NCBI GenBank assembly: GCA_029260735.1
Contig: JAJDCR010000015.1
Coordinates: 65,825-129,824 of the forward strand
Origin: Planctomycetota bacterium
Lineage (GTDB): Bacteria; Planctomycetota; Uabimicrobiia; Uabimicrobiales; Uabimicrobiaceae
Length of the DNA: 64,000 nucleotides
Direction: 5' to 3'
Part shown: piece by piece, positions 19,605-28,457 of the stretch
Position numbering within the stretch: the stretch's first letter is position 1
Layout: each line of letters starts with the position of its first letter
Translations under genes and position numbers: made by a program
The notes under the pieces: generated by a model
Seen by the model: only the letters and a program-made list of their open reading frames with translations
What the model was told of the DNA's origin: nothing
Databases searched by the model: none

Positions 19605-20302
19605 TTGAATAAAGATAAAGACAAAAAGAAAAAAGGCAAAGGGAAACCAAGGAACAAGCATGACCTTGGCTACAAACAATTGCTCTCCTTCATTGAAATG
19701 TTTCGCCAATTAATCCAAGGCTATACCGATGAAGATTGGAAGGAAAAACTCGACTACTCAAGAGCACAGCGCGTCGATAAAGAGTATGTTTTACCGGACT
19801 TTAAGGAAAAAGAATCGGATATCGTTTACAAAGTCCCTTTAATAGACAAGGAAAAAAACGAAAAGGAAATTTTTTTGTTTGTCTTGATTGAGCACCAGTC
19901 TACTGTTGATCATTCTATCGCTTTTCGTTTACTTTTCTACTTAACTCATGTTTGGTATGATATGAGCTGTGGAAAACCTTTATGCAGTGGGTCGTTCGCT
20001 TTTTTCAGGATCGAAATGATCCTTCCAACAAAGACATAATTGACGATTTTGATTTCGAAAACAAAAATAAAGAGGAGATTACTACCATGATCGAAACTTT
20101 ACCTGGTCGACTGGTTGAACAAGGTTTCGTTAAAGGCTTGGCAAAAGGAGAGGTTTTAGGCTTGCTTAAAGGTATGAATATTATTTATCCTGGAATTATT
20201 GAAAAATATAAAGAGAGAGTTGATAATGCTCAAGCTGAAGCAGAATTTCAATCTCTCGAAAAAGAAATTCTCCAAGATATAGAGTCTCGCAAGAAAGACT
20301 AA
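19605..20302 (+). pseudogene. Degraded Rpn/YhgA-family (PD-(D/E)XK, Transposase_31-like) recombination-promoting nuclease gene
   Basis: HDLGYKQLL N-motif and LIEHQSTVD (compare Rpn LLEHQSTPD). The gene is split by a frameshift into ORFs 19605-20039 and 19982-20302. The C-terminal GxxxG repeats (VEQGFVKGLAKGEVLGLLKG) are Rpn-like. The total length (~232 aa) is shorter than intact Rpn proteins (~300 aa). Confidence 0.65.
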
Positions 20303-20328
20303 AAAATCTCTCCTTCCCACAAAAAAAA

Positions 20329-20371
20329 GGCAGCTAAAAAGAAAAATATAAATTTTTCTCTTTAGCTGCCC
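20329..20371 (+). terminator. Hairpin downstream of the Rpn pseudogene
   Basis: 10-bp stem GGCAGCTAAA/TTTAGCTGCC with a 23-nt loop. There is no clear T-tract, so this is a weak terminator call. Confidence 0.35.
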
Positions 20372-20549
20372 TTTCCCCTCTTCTCTTTCCTGCCCTCTCC
20401 TAGTATACTAAACCTATCTCTACTCGTTCTTTGAAATAAAAAACCTCACTTAAGCAAATTTCATCCCCAGCCAAAAACCTTGCTTAGGAAAATCCCAAAA
20501 CCTCTCTCTAAAACTGCGCTAGGCCTTAGTTATCAATACAACGCCTGGA

Positions 20550-20576
20550 CTTACTCTACTTTTTGAGTTTGAAACA
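20550..20576. repeat. 27-bp exact direct repeat (copy B)
   Basis: Identical to 19464-19490 and overlaps the 3' end and stop of the STAS gene. Confidence 0.8.
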
Positions 20577-22035
20577 TGCTCTCAACCGGATCGGCTTGCT
20601 TAGGCATCTTCATCCAGTAAAAACTCATCGCGGTAATAAAGGCACCAATCGCAAGAACAAAGCCAAAAGGAGAAACTCCCCCTCCAAAAATCTGAGCGAT
20701 TTTTTGTAGTGCCACCACTATGGCTGGTAGGCTTTCACGGAGATTAATGTCTAGAGTATCAAAGAGAACAGAGAGTATGGGGGAAGCTATTCCAAAATAA
20801 AGAGCTATCTTGGCAATGGTTTGCTTGGTTACACTGAAGGGAGTGCGAATGATATCGACAACTTTCCCTTGGTAGTAAATTTCAATACAGGCTCGGGGAA
20901 AATTGCCTTCTGCAATGGGAGTTATATGAAAATTAGCCTCACTCATTTCGGGGCTAATATCAACAGTTTTGCTTTGGGGGATAACAAGGCATCCAGGTAA
21001 GTAGGGAACCACTTCGATCTGAGGACGTTCACTGGTCACCGTAATTTTTTGTTCCCCTTCGACTTGAGCAACAATTTTATGAGTAATTTCTTGGAGCTTG
21101 CCTTCGGAAAAAACGGCCATTAAAGGAAAACTGCAAAAGGGATTCATTTGTCGAAAATAACGAACAGTAGAATTACGCCGAATTTCTGAGAAAGTTTTTT
21201 TAGCGCGAAGGGGGCTTTTTTCTTTTTTAACGGACTCTTTTACTGGGGCAATAAGTTTAGCGACTTCTTGGTCGGTCAAAGTTTCTTCATACTCAGTAAC
21301 AGTTCTTTGACGCCTAGGAGCAGAAGATGATCTGCGTTCGGCCTTAGTGGAACTCGAAGAGCCTCCTTTAGCAGAAGATGTACTCTTTTTTATGACAACA
21401 AGATTTTTAGGAGGACGAGCAGGTGCGACGGGAACACTGCTTTGAGAACTGCTAGGGGAATTAGTGGGGGCACTTTTTACTGGTTTAGGTTTTACCGGAA
21501 TAGCAGGAATACCAGGAGCTGATTCATCAGAAAGATTTTTTCTTCCTACAGGAGGGAGACCTTCTATCGAAGGTACACTCTCGGCTTGGAGAGCAGCACT
21601 TTCTTCTGAGGGAAGGAGTAAATCAGGAGAAATACTCTTCTTTCCCTCTTTTGCTTGGGCCTTTTTTAAGGATTGTTCCATCGCTTGGAGAGCTAGCTCT
21701 TCAGTTTCGTATATGTGTAAAACGGGCATGAGTCCGAGCATTTCAAAAAGTACTTTCACTTTGCCTGGAACATTAACCAGCTTAACGGCCCCTCCTGCTT
21801 CTTCAAATTGATCCACATACTTGATCAATAGCCCCATTCCTGTACTATTGAGATAGTTCACTTCAGAAAAAATAAGAATAAGATATTTGATATTTTGTCG
21901 ATGAAAGTCATCTAGCTGAATTTCAAACTGCCGCACAGTGATTCCATCAACAGAGCCTTTAATTTTTAAAACACAAACAGGTTCATCGTTGGATAGCTTG
22001 CACATGCTCGAACTAAATAGAAGATTATCTGACAT
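20551..22035 (-). CDS. STAS (anti-sigma-factor antagonist-like) domain protein with Pro/Ser-rich linker and C-terminal membrane-associated domain
   Basis: N-terminal SpoIIAA-like STAS fold (KIKGSVDGITVRQFEIQL...NYLNSTGMGLL...VKLVNVPGKVKVLFEMLGL) with a candidate phospho-Ser/Thr in the NSTG loop. A long P/S/A/K-rich linker is followed by hydrophobic C-terminal helices. Confidence 0.65.
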   Translation of the reverse strand: MSDNLLFSSSMCKLSNDEPVCVLKIKGSVDGITVRQFEIQLDDFHRQNIKYLILIFSEVNYLNSTGMGLLIKYVDQFEEAGGAVKLVNVPGKVKVLFEMLGLMPVLHIYETEELALQAMEQSLKKAQAKEGKKSISPDLLLPSEESAALQAESVPSIEGLPPVGRKNLSDESAPGIPAIPVKPKPVKSAPTNSPSSSQSSVPVAPARPPKNLVVIKKSTSSAKGGSSSSTKAERRSSSAPRRQRTVTEYEETLTDQEVAKLIAPVKESVKKEKSPLRAKKTFSEIRRNSTVRYFRQMNPFCSFPLMAVFSEGKLQEITHKIVAQVEGEQKITVTSERPQIEVVPYLPGCLVIPQSKTVDISPEMSEANFHITPIAEGNFPRACIEIYYQGKVVDIIRTPFSVTKQTIAKIALYFGIASPILSVLFDTLDINLRESLPAIVVALQKIAQIFGGGVSPFGFVLAIGAFITAMSFYWMKMPKQADPVESMFQTQKVE

Positions 22036-22153
22036 AAAGCTTTGCCCCTCTAAATAAATATTAACTTAGCAGCAAGTGCCCACATGGCGTACTCTACGCT
22101 ATAATTACAAATCCAACACCGCTGTCCTATCTTAGCTATTCATAATTTTTTTT

Positions 22154-23677
22154 TCAAGGCCCAATAATAATTTCCAGTCTACGAATCCAGTATTGACTTT
22201 GGGCAGAAAAATCCATCGCAATGGCAATATCGTTACGTCCTTGGATCAAAAAAGACTCGAGGGGAAACTCTTCTTCGACAAAACCCATATCTCCTACACT
22301 ATACTTTTCCTTGAAAACTTTACCGTTAATGAGGATCGTAATCGGAGAATACCCCTGCTTGCCACCTACGGCAGCCGTTAAGTGATTAAAGCGTAAGAAT
22401 GCTCTAGGAGGAACGTGGGGAAGGGTAAACCCCAAATGAAGCCGAGACCCTTGGTTAAAAGCTAAACATTTAAAATCAGGATGGCTCGCTAAAGCTTGAT
22501 TTCCGATAACTTGCATATTCTCAAGAAGAGGCTGATTTTCTTGCCATTTAAAACTAGCCCATGTACCAACAGGGAACACAACTTCTTTTGTCTCATCTAT
22601 TGCTTGATCTATGGGAGGTGTTTTTTTTATTAAAGAAGAGTTCTCTGTTGAGGAGACTTCTGTTTTCGACTTAGGAGGAAACTGAGAAGCAGAAATTTTA
22701 ATTTGCGAAAGATAAAAACCAATAAAAAGGAAAGCTAAGACAGAGGCATTAATGATCAGAATCGTTTTATTTCTCTCTAGATTTAAATACAAAGTTATCC
22801 ACCAAGGACGAGGCTTTGCGATAATTGATTTACCTTCGATAAAACGTCGGATATCATCTTTCATTTCCCGAGCACTTTGATAGCGACGTTCTCGGCTTTT
22901 CTCCAATGCTTTCAGAATAATAACTTCGACATCCTGAGGGATTTTTCGGTTGAAATGACTTGGTTTAAGAGGGTTTTTTTTGAATATTTGAGTGATTACT
23001 TCGGCAGCACTACTTCCTCGAAAAGGAGTTTGCCCTGCCAGTACTTCATAAAGCATCGCCCCCAAAGAGTAAACATCGGAACGCTCGTCAATCTTACGAA
23101 TAGCTCCATTTGCTTGTTCAGGCGGCATGTAAGCGACTGTTCCCATAATGGTACCTGTACGCGTCATTCGAGTTTGATTACGTGTGCTCTTTGCTAGGCC
23201 AAAATCCATAATAATAGGGTTGCCCCTTTTATCGATCATTATGTTAGAAGGTTTCAAATCTCGATGGATCACTCCCTGACTATGCGAATAAGAAATGCCA
23301 TCCGCAATTTGCTCAAACATATTCAGTGCTTTTTTAACCGGAAATTGCTTCTTTTTTATGAGACTAGAAAGGGGAGAACCTTCCACAAAGTCCATTGTAA
23401 AATAATGTCGGTTGTCGATTTCCCCGGCATCGTAAAGAGAAACAATGTTGGGGTGACGTAATTTAGCCGTGGCTGCTATTTCACGAGAAAAACGTTGGAC
23501 AGAATCTTTATTGCGCGATGCTTCTCCTAGCATAATCTTAATGGCAATACTACGGGAGGTCTGAGGATCAAATGCTTTATAGACAACCCCCATTCCTCCG
23601 CGTCCTAATTCTTCTTGAATCTCATATCGACCAAAGCGATTATTAGAAGAACCAGGGTGGGCTGCTGTAGTTTTCAT
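22154..23677 (-). CDS. Ser/Thr protein kinase with single TM and ~200-aa extracytoplasmic C-terminal domain
   Basis: Hanks motifs GRGGMGVVYKA, AIKIM, HRDLKPSNIMI, DFGLAK and APE, followed by a TM helix (ILIINASVLAFLFIGFYL). Confidence 0.85.
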   Translation of the reverse strand: MKTTAAHPGSSNNRFGRYEIQEELGRGGMGVVYKAFDPQTSRSIAIKIMLGEASRNKDSVQRFSREIAATAKLRHPNIVSLYDAGEIDNRHYFTMDFVEGSPLSSLIKKKQFPVKKALNMFEQIADGISYSHSQGVIHRDLKPSNIMIDKRGNPIIMDFGLAKSTRNQTRMTRTGTIMGTVAYMPPEQANGAIRKIDERSDVYSLGAMLYEVLAGQTPFRGSSAAEVITQIFKKNPLKPSHFNRKIPQDVEVIILKALEKSRERRYQSAREMKDDIRRFIEGKSIIAKPRPWWITLYLNLERNKTILIINASVLAFLFIGFYLSQIKISASQFPPKSKTEVSSTENSSLIKKTPPIDQAIDETKEVVFPVGTWASFKWQENQPLLENMQVIGNQALASHPDFKCLAFNQGSRLHLGFTLPHVPPRAFLRFNHLTAAVGGKQGYSPITILINGKVFKEKYSVGDMGFVEEEFPLESFLIQGRNDIAIAMDFSAQSQYWIRRLEIIIGP

Positions 23678-23874
23678 AACAAAACTTCTCCCTTTGCTAG
23701 TTTCCTGAGAATAGTCATATTTTTAATTTTATCACGATCTTCATCGAAGCCAAGGTTTTTTATTCTTATGCATTTTTTTCCAAGTGCCTTGTTTCTTTTC
23801 TTTAGAACTTTTAGTAAAATATAGTTAATGCAGATAAAAAGAAACTAAATCGAATCTTGGCATAAGGTCTTTTT

Positions 23875-26800
23875 ATGAACTTTTGTATTGCTTATCCAGT
23901 TGATGGGGGCACCCCCGAAGATTCCCACATTGTTTTGGTTCGTACTTATCGAGGGCAAGAACATATTTGCCAAGGAGGAGGGCGCTCTGGTCTTCGAAGT
24001 AATTCAGGAGCTGCTTTTATTTGGGAACGAGTCGCAAGCTCTTTCCAGCAGAAGTATGCTTTGGAGTTTTCCCCTCTTCCGCTCTCAAATCCCCACATAA
24101 AACCAGAAAATTTATCCGACTGCGGTGACTCTGATGCTCTGGCTTGTGCTTTAGCTGTAGGTCTAAGGTCTAGTCAAAAAGAAGAGTATCTTGATCCTAC
24201 AAAATATCCTTTGATTCTGGCTTCTTGTTCTTTTCAATTAACAAACAAGAAACAAGGCTTACGTGGACTAAAACTAGAAGCAGTTACTGATGAAAAGAAT
24301 TTAAAAAGCTCTCTGAGATCTCTCCAAAACAAATGGGCCTGTGCCTGTAACAACAAAGCCAAGGCTCTCATTCTACATAACGACGACGCTTATTTACTAG
24401 CAGACTTTATCAATGTCCCAGTATTTCCGGTAAGTAGTAGTTCTCTAACTCAAATACTCTCTAAAGACTCCCCATTACCAGTTCTTCTTTCTTGCCAAAA
24501 AAAAGATATGTCTCTAGTCGCTAATAATCTAGATATAGACGGTTCTATTTTCCAAGATTCATCTTCCTCTCATTCGGAGAAATTTCCTCCAGAACCTTTC
24601 CGCTTCTTATCTCCTTTTACAAAAAAAGAAGAGAGTATTTTTTTTGGTCGTGAACAAGAAATACATAAGTTAGCAAATACTTTACTTGACCGAGATAGTG
24701 CTTCTGTTTTTTTACTTTTCGGTCAGTCTGGAGTGGGTAAATCCTCTTTTCTTTTTGCAGGACTCATACCTTATTTAGAAAGACAGTTGTGCCAAGTTGT
24801 TTATTTCTCAGGACAAAATTCTTTCGAAAGCTCTCTGGAAAACTTACCTCCGAAAAAAGAAGGTTTCTGGATTAAATTTAGTTCTCTTTGGAATAATAGT
24901 TCTAGTCCAGAGGAGATAAAAAACTCATGGCTAGAAAAAGAGGAGGAGTTAGAGCAACCTCTGATTGTTATTATGGATCAATGGGAAGAAGTTTTAGCAG
25001 AGTCATCACAATTCAGTAAAGACTGGGGAATGTTTTGTCAGACTCTGGAGTGTATCTTTGGTGACTATGACACAAAACCTCAAGGACGATTGATTCTTTC
25101 TTTTCGTAAAGAGTGGCTTTCTCTCGTCGAAAACTCTCTATCTAATCTCCGCCCTTTTCCAGGCAATTTTTTCTTACGTCCTTTGAGTAGAGAAGGTATT
25201 ATTCAAATAATTGAGGGATTAGATAAGAATGAAGAGCTGAGAAATCACTACTCTTTTTTTTGGGAGCCGGGCCTCTCAGAAATTATGGCAGATGGTTTTC
25301 TGACAGACCATGAATCTCCCTTGGCTCCATTTTTACAAATCCTCCTTAGCTTAATGTGGGAAGAATCTGATACCCAAAAACGAAAAGTTTACTTTACCTT
25401 AGACCTCTATCACAAAGTGATCCGCCAAGGCATTTTTGCTAAATATGTCAAGCAACATATAGAAAATCTTGCTGTAGATCGAGAAACGGCGATCAATTCT
25501 GGACTCATTTTAGACATTTTAGACTTTCATATCTTTCTAAACCGAGCTCAAGAACGTTCCCTTGAAGAATTAGAGAAACAATACTCTCATCTTCCTCCTG
25601 GGCTACTGAAAGACATTTTAACCACATTAAAAAATAGTTATTTACTCTGTGATTCTTCACCGGAGAGAGGGAAACGTGCTCAGTTTATTCGACTTGCTCA
25701 TGACAGTTTAGCTCCCATTATTCATGAAGAGGTAAAAAAATCCCACCGAATCGGACAACGATCTCGTCGTATACTAGAGAGCCAAATAGTCAGTTGGCGA
25801 GATAATCACCATGATCTCTTAAGTAATTTTGACTTAGAGACAATTGAACAAGGTCGTCCAGCAATGCGAGCATTAAGCCAAGAGGAAGAAGAGCTTGTTA
25901 GTTCTAGCCATAAGATGGGAGGTATATCTTCTCTTATTGCAACAGTTCAAAGTAATAGTGATAATCAAGCTAAGCTCAAAGCATTGTCGGCAATGCGTCT
26001 TTATCCAGAGAGACACGAGGTCATTATCCCCGCCATGATAAAGCTTATGGAAAAAGCACATGAAGACGACCAAGTAAAAAGAATAGCTGTTGAAATCATT
26101 GGAGAAATGGCAAAGGAAGCAGGCGTCACCATTCCTATACTTGTTGACTTGGTTAAAGCAGGTGAAAACTATCTTTTTGAAGCGATGAATGCTCTCATTA
26201 GAATGGAAGAAATCTCTCGCCCAGCTCTTCAGGTACTTTGCCAAAGTTCACGGGAAAGTATTCGCTTAAACGTTGTTCGAGGTTTTTCTTTAGTCAAAAT
26301 AGAAGGATGCCTACCTTTCTTACTTAAAATGATTGAGAAAGAATCTAGTGGTAAAGTAAAAAAAGAAGCCTACAAAGCTCTAGGGGTAACTTTAGGCTTT
26401 CAATTTCATGAAGAAAAAAAAATCACTAGCAATAACGTTGAGTACTGTTTAGGCCACTATGTTCACGAACAAACAGGAATGGAATTCGTTTTTTTTCCCA
26501 GCGGATCTTTTATGATGGGAAGTGATGAGCGCGATAACTTAGCAAGTGAAAACGAAAGGCCTCGTCATTTTGTTTCCCTGTCTCCTTTCTTCATTTCTCG
26601 TTATCTTGTCACCCAGAAAATATGGGAAGATGTTATGGGGAATAACCCCTCTTACTTCAAAAACGAGCATAAACCAGTAGAAACTGTTACTTGGCATGAT
26701 TGCCAAGAGTTTTGCCAAAAAACAAAGCTACAGCTACCGAGCGAAGAACAGTGGGAGTATGCTTGTCGAGGAGGAACAACAAGTCGTTTTTATTGGGGAC

Positions 26801-27180
26801 CAAATTGGGATCGAAGTAAAATTAACAGTGCTTCCTATTGGGCCAAAGAAGATCTTGTTACCCATACCCAGTGGAAAGAATTTGGTTTTCTGGAAAAATG
26901 GAAAGAACTCAAAGGAGAAACTTCTCTTGTGGGAAATTTCTCTGTCAATCCTTTTGGTTTGTATGATATGCTAGGAAATGTCTGGGAGTGGTGCGAAGAC
27001 AACTGGTCACCGTCTTATGAAAAAGGAAAAAATGCTCCTACCGGAAATGGCCTAGAGCGAGCTTGTCGAGGAGGCTGTGCTTGGTATGCCGCACAAGATT
27101 GTCGGTGCGCTAGCCGAGTAGGAGACTCGGCTGATAACTGCGATTGTTATTTGGGTTTTCGAGTAGTGAAAAATATTTAA
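23875..27180 (+). CDS. Multidomain protein: unknown N-domain - P-loop (STAND-like) NTPase - HEAT repeats - FGE-sulfatase (SUMF1/EgtB/PvdO-family) domain
   Basis: Walker A LLFGQSGVGKSSFLF preceded by FFGREQEIHKL. HEAT/PBS-lyase-like repeats (LSAMRLYPERHEVIIPAMIKLMEKAHEDDQVKRIAVEIIGEMA). C-terminal FGE-domain motifs (RPRHFVSLSPFFISRYLVTQ, ETVTWHDCQEFCQ, LPSEEQWEYACRGG, LYDMLGNVWEWCEDNW, GFRVV). Confidence 0.75.
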   Translation: MNFCIAYPVDGGTPEDSHIVLVRTYRGQEHICQGGGRSGLRSNSGAAFIWERVASSFQQKYALEFSPLPLSNPHIKPENLSDCGDSDALACALAVGLRSSQKEEYLDPTKYPLILASCSFQLTNKKQGLRGLKLEAVTDEKNLKSSLRSLQNKWACACNNKAKALILHNDDAYLLADFINVPVFPVSSSSLTQILSKDSPLPVLLSCQKKDMSLVANNLDIDGSIFQDSSSSHSEKFPPEPFRFLSPFTKKEESIFFGREQEIHKLANTLLDRDSASVFLLFGQSGVGKSSFLFAGLIPYLERQLCQVVYFSGQNSFESSLENLPPKKEGFWIKFSSLWNNSSSPEEIKNSWLEKEEELEQPLIVIMDQWEEVLAESSQFSKDWGMFCQTLECIFGDYDTKPQGRLILSFRKEWLSLVENSLSNLRPFPGNFFLRPLSREGIIQIIEGLDKNEELRNHYSFFWEPGLSEIMADGFLTDHESPLAPFLQILLSLMWEESDTQKRKVYFTLDLYHKVIRQGIFAKYVKQHIENLAVDRETAINSGLILDILDFHIFLNRAQERSLEELEKQYSHLPPGLLKDILTTLKNSYLLCDSSPERGKRAQFIRLAHDSLAPIIHEEVKKSHRIGQRSRRILESQIVSWRDNHHDLLSNFDLETIEQGRPAMRALSQEEEELVSSSHKMGGISSLIATVQSNSDNQAKLKALSAMRLYPERHEVIIPAMIKLMEKAHEDDQVKRIAVEIIGEMAKEAGVTIPILVDLVKAGENYLFEAMNALIRMEEISRPALQVLCQSSRESIRLNVVRGFSLVKIEGCLPFLLKMIEKESSGKVKKEAYKALGVTLGFQFHEEKKITSNNVEYCLGHYVHEQTGMEFVFFPSGSFMMGSDERDNLASENERPRHFVSLSPFFISRYLVTQKIWEDVMGNNPSYFKNEHKPVETVTWHDCQEFCQKTKLQLPSEEQWEYACRGGTTSRFYWGPNWDRSKINSASYWAKEDLVTHTQWKEFGFLEKWKELKGETSLVGNFSVNPFGLYDMLGNVWEWCEDNWSPSYEKGKNAPTGNGLERACRGGCAWYAAQDCRCASRVGDSADNCDCYLGFRVVKNI

Positions 27181-27343
27181 ATCCAGAATCCAGAATTAAT
27201 ACAGGCTTCTTACACATAGGAACGAAAAAAAGCTAAAGGCTAGGAAAAATAAGAGTGAAAACACGCATTTGGATTTGCTTGTTTTTCAGGTATCGTATAA
27301 ATAGTGCGTAATAGACTAACTTATTAGAAAAGAGATCAGAAAT

Positions 27344-28450
27344 ATGACGAGTTCAGCCAGAGAACCTAACTGGGAAAAAATTCACGTAGCTATTATGGCA
27401 GGAGGAGGAGGAACTCGATTTTGGCCTTTAAGTCGTGAAAATCTCCCTAAGCAGTTTTTACGTTTTGTCGATAATAAGTCTATGCTACGCCTTAGCACAG
27501 AGCGTTTGTTGGGAAAAATTTCTCCTGAGAGAATTTGGATTTTAACCAATCATGTTTATCGAGATCTAATTGAGGAAGAACTACCGGAAATTCCTGCTGA
27601 GAATATTCTGGTCGAACCTTCTCGACGAGATACTTCTGCTGCTATTATGCTCGGGACTGCTATTATTGAAAAGAGCGATCCTGATAGTAAAATGCTCGTA
27701 CTTACCTCTGACCATTTAATTTTTCCTCAGGAAGAGTTTTTTCGCACTCTTTCAGCGGCATGTCTGGCTTTAGAAGATCGACCAGAAACTCTCTTTGTTT
27801 TTGGGATTTCTCCTAGTGAACCAGCTATTCATTTTGGTTACTTGAATCGGGGAACACATTGGCAGGATATAAATGGTCTTCCTATTTATGAAGTTTCCCG
27901 TTTTGTAGAAAAGCCTAATCTAGCAGTGGCAAAAGAATACTTTCATTCAGGAAACTACTACTGGAATAGCGGCATGTTCGCTTGGAAAGTAAGCACAATT
28001 ATGGATCAGCTAAGAGTTCTTTTGCCCCTTCATTATAAAGGGGCAAGAGAACTTCAAAAAGCTTGGCAAACCCCAGGTTGGCCAGATCAACTAACCCACG
28101 TTTTTCAAAATCTTCCCAAAATATCCATTGATTATGGAGTGATGGAAAAAGCTGCTTCTGTTGCTCTTGTGGAAGCGAGTTTTGAATGGAATGATGTGGG
28201 AACTTGGGATGCTTTGGAAGAAATCTATCCACAAGAAAATAACAATGTTGTTTTAGGAAAACACTTAGGAATCAAAACGAAAGGTTGCATCATTCACAGC
28301 GAGAAACAATTAATCACAACCATTGGATTAGAAGACCTAGTTATTGTGAGTACGGATGATGCTCTTCTTATCGTTCCCAAAAAAGAAGTAAACCAAGTTA
28401 AAGGTTTAGTGAATCAATTAAAAGAAAAAGGCTTCGAAAAATACTGTTGA
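27344..28450 (+). CDS. manC: Mannose-1-phosphate guanylyltransferase (GDP-mannose pyrophosphorylase)
   Basis: N-terminal nucleotidyltransferase signature IMAGGGGTRFWPLSRENLPKQFL. A ~370-aa monofunctional GMP; the KxEKP-like FVEKP and the overall organisation are typical. Confidence 0.8.
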   Translation: MTSSAREPNWEKIHVAIMAGGGGTRFWPLSRENLPKQFLRFVDNKSMLRLSTERLLGKISPERIWILTNHVYRDLIEEELPEIPAENILVEPSRRDTSAAIMLGTAIIEKSDPDSKMLVLTSDHLIFPQEEFFRTLSAACLALEDRPETLFVFGISPSEPAIHFGYLNRGTHWQDINGLPIYEVSRFVEKPNLAVAKEYFHSGNYYWNSGMFAWKVSTIMDQLRVLLPLHYKGARELQKAWQTPGWPDQLTHVFQNLPKISIDYGVMEKAASVALVEASFEWNDVGTWDALEEIYPQENNNVVLGKHLGIKTKGCIIHSEKQLITTIGLEDLVIVSTDDALLIVPKKEVNQVKGLVNQLKEKGFEKYC

Positions 28451-28457
28451 GGATACT

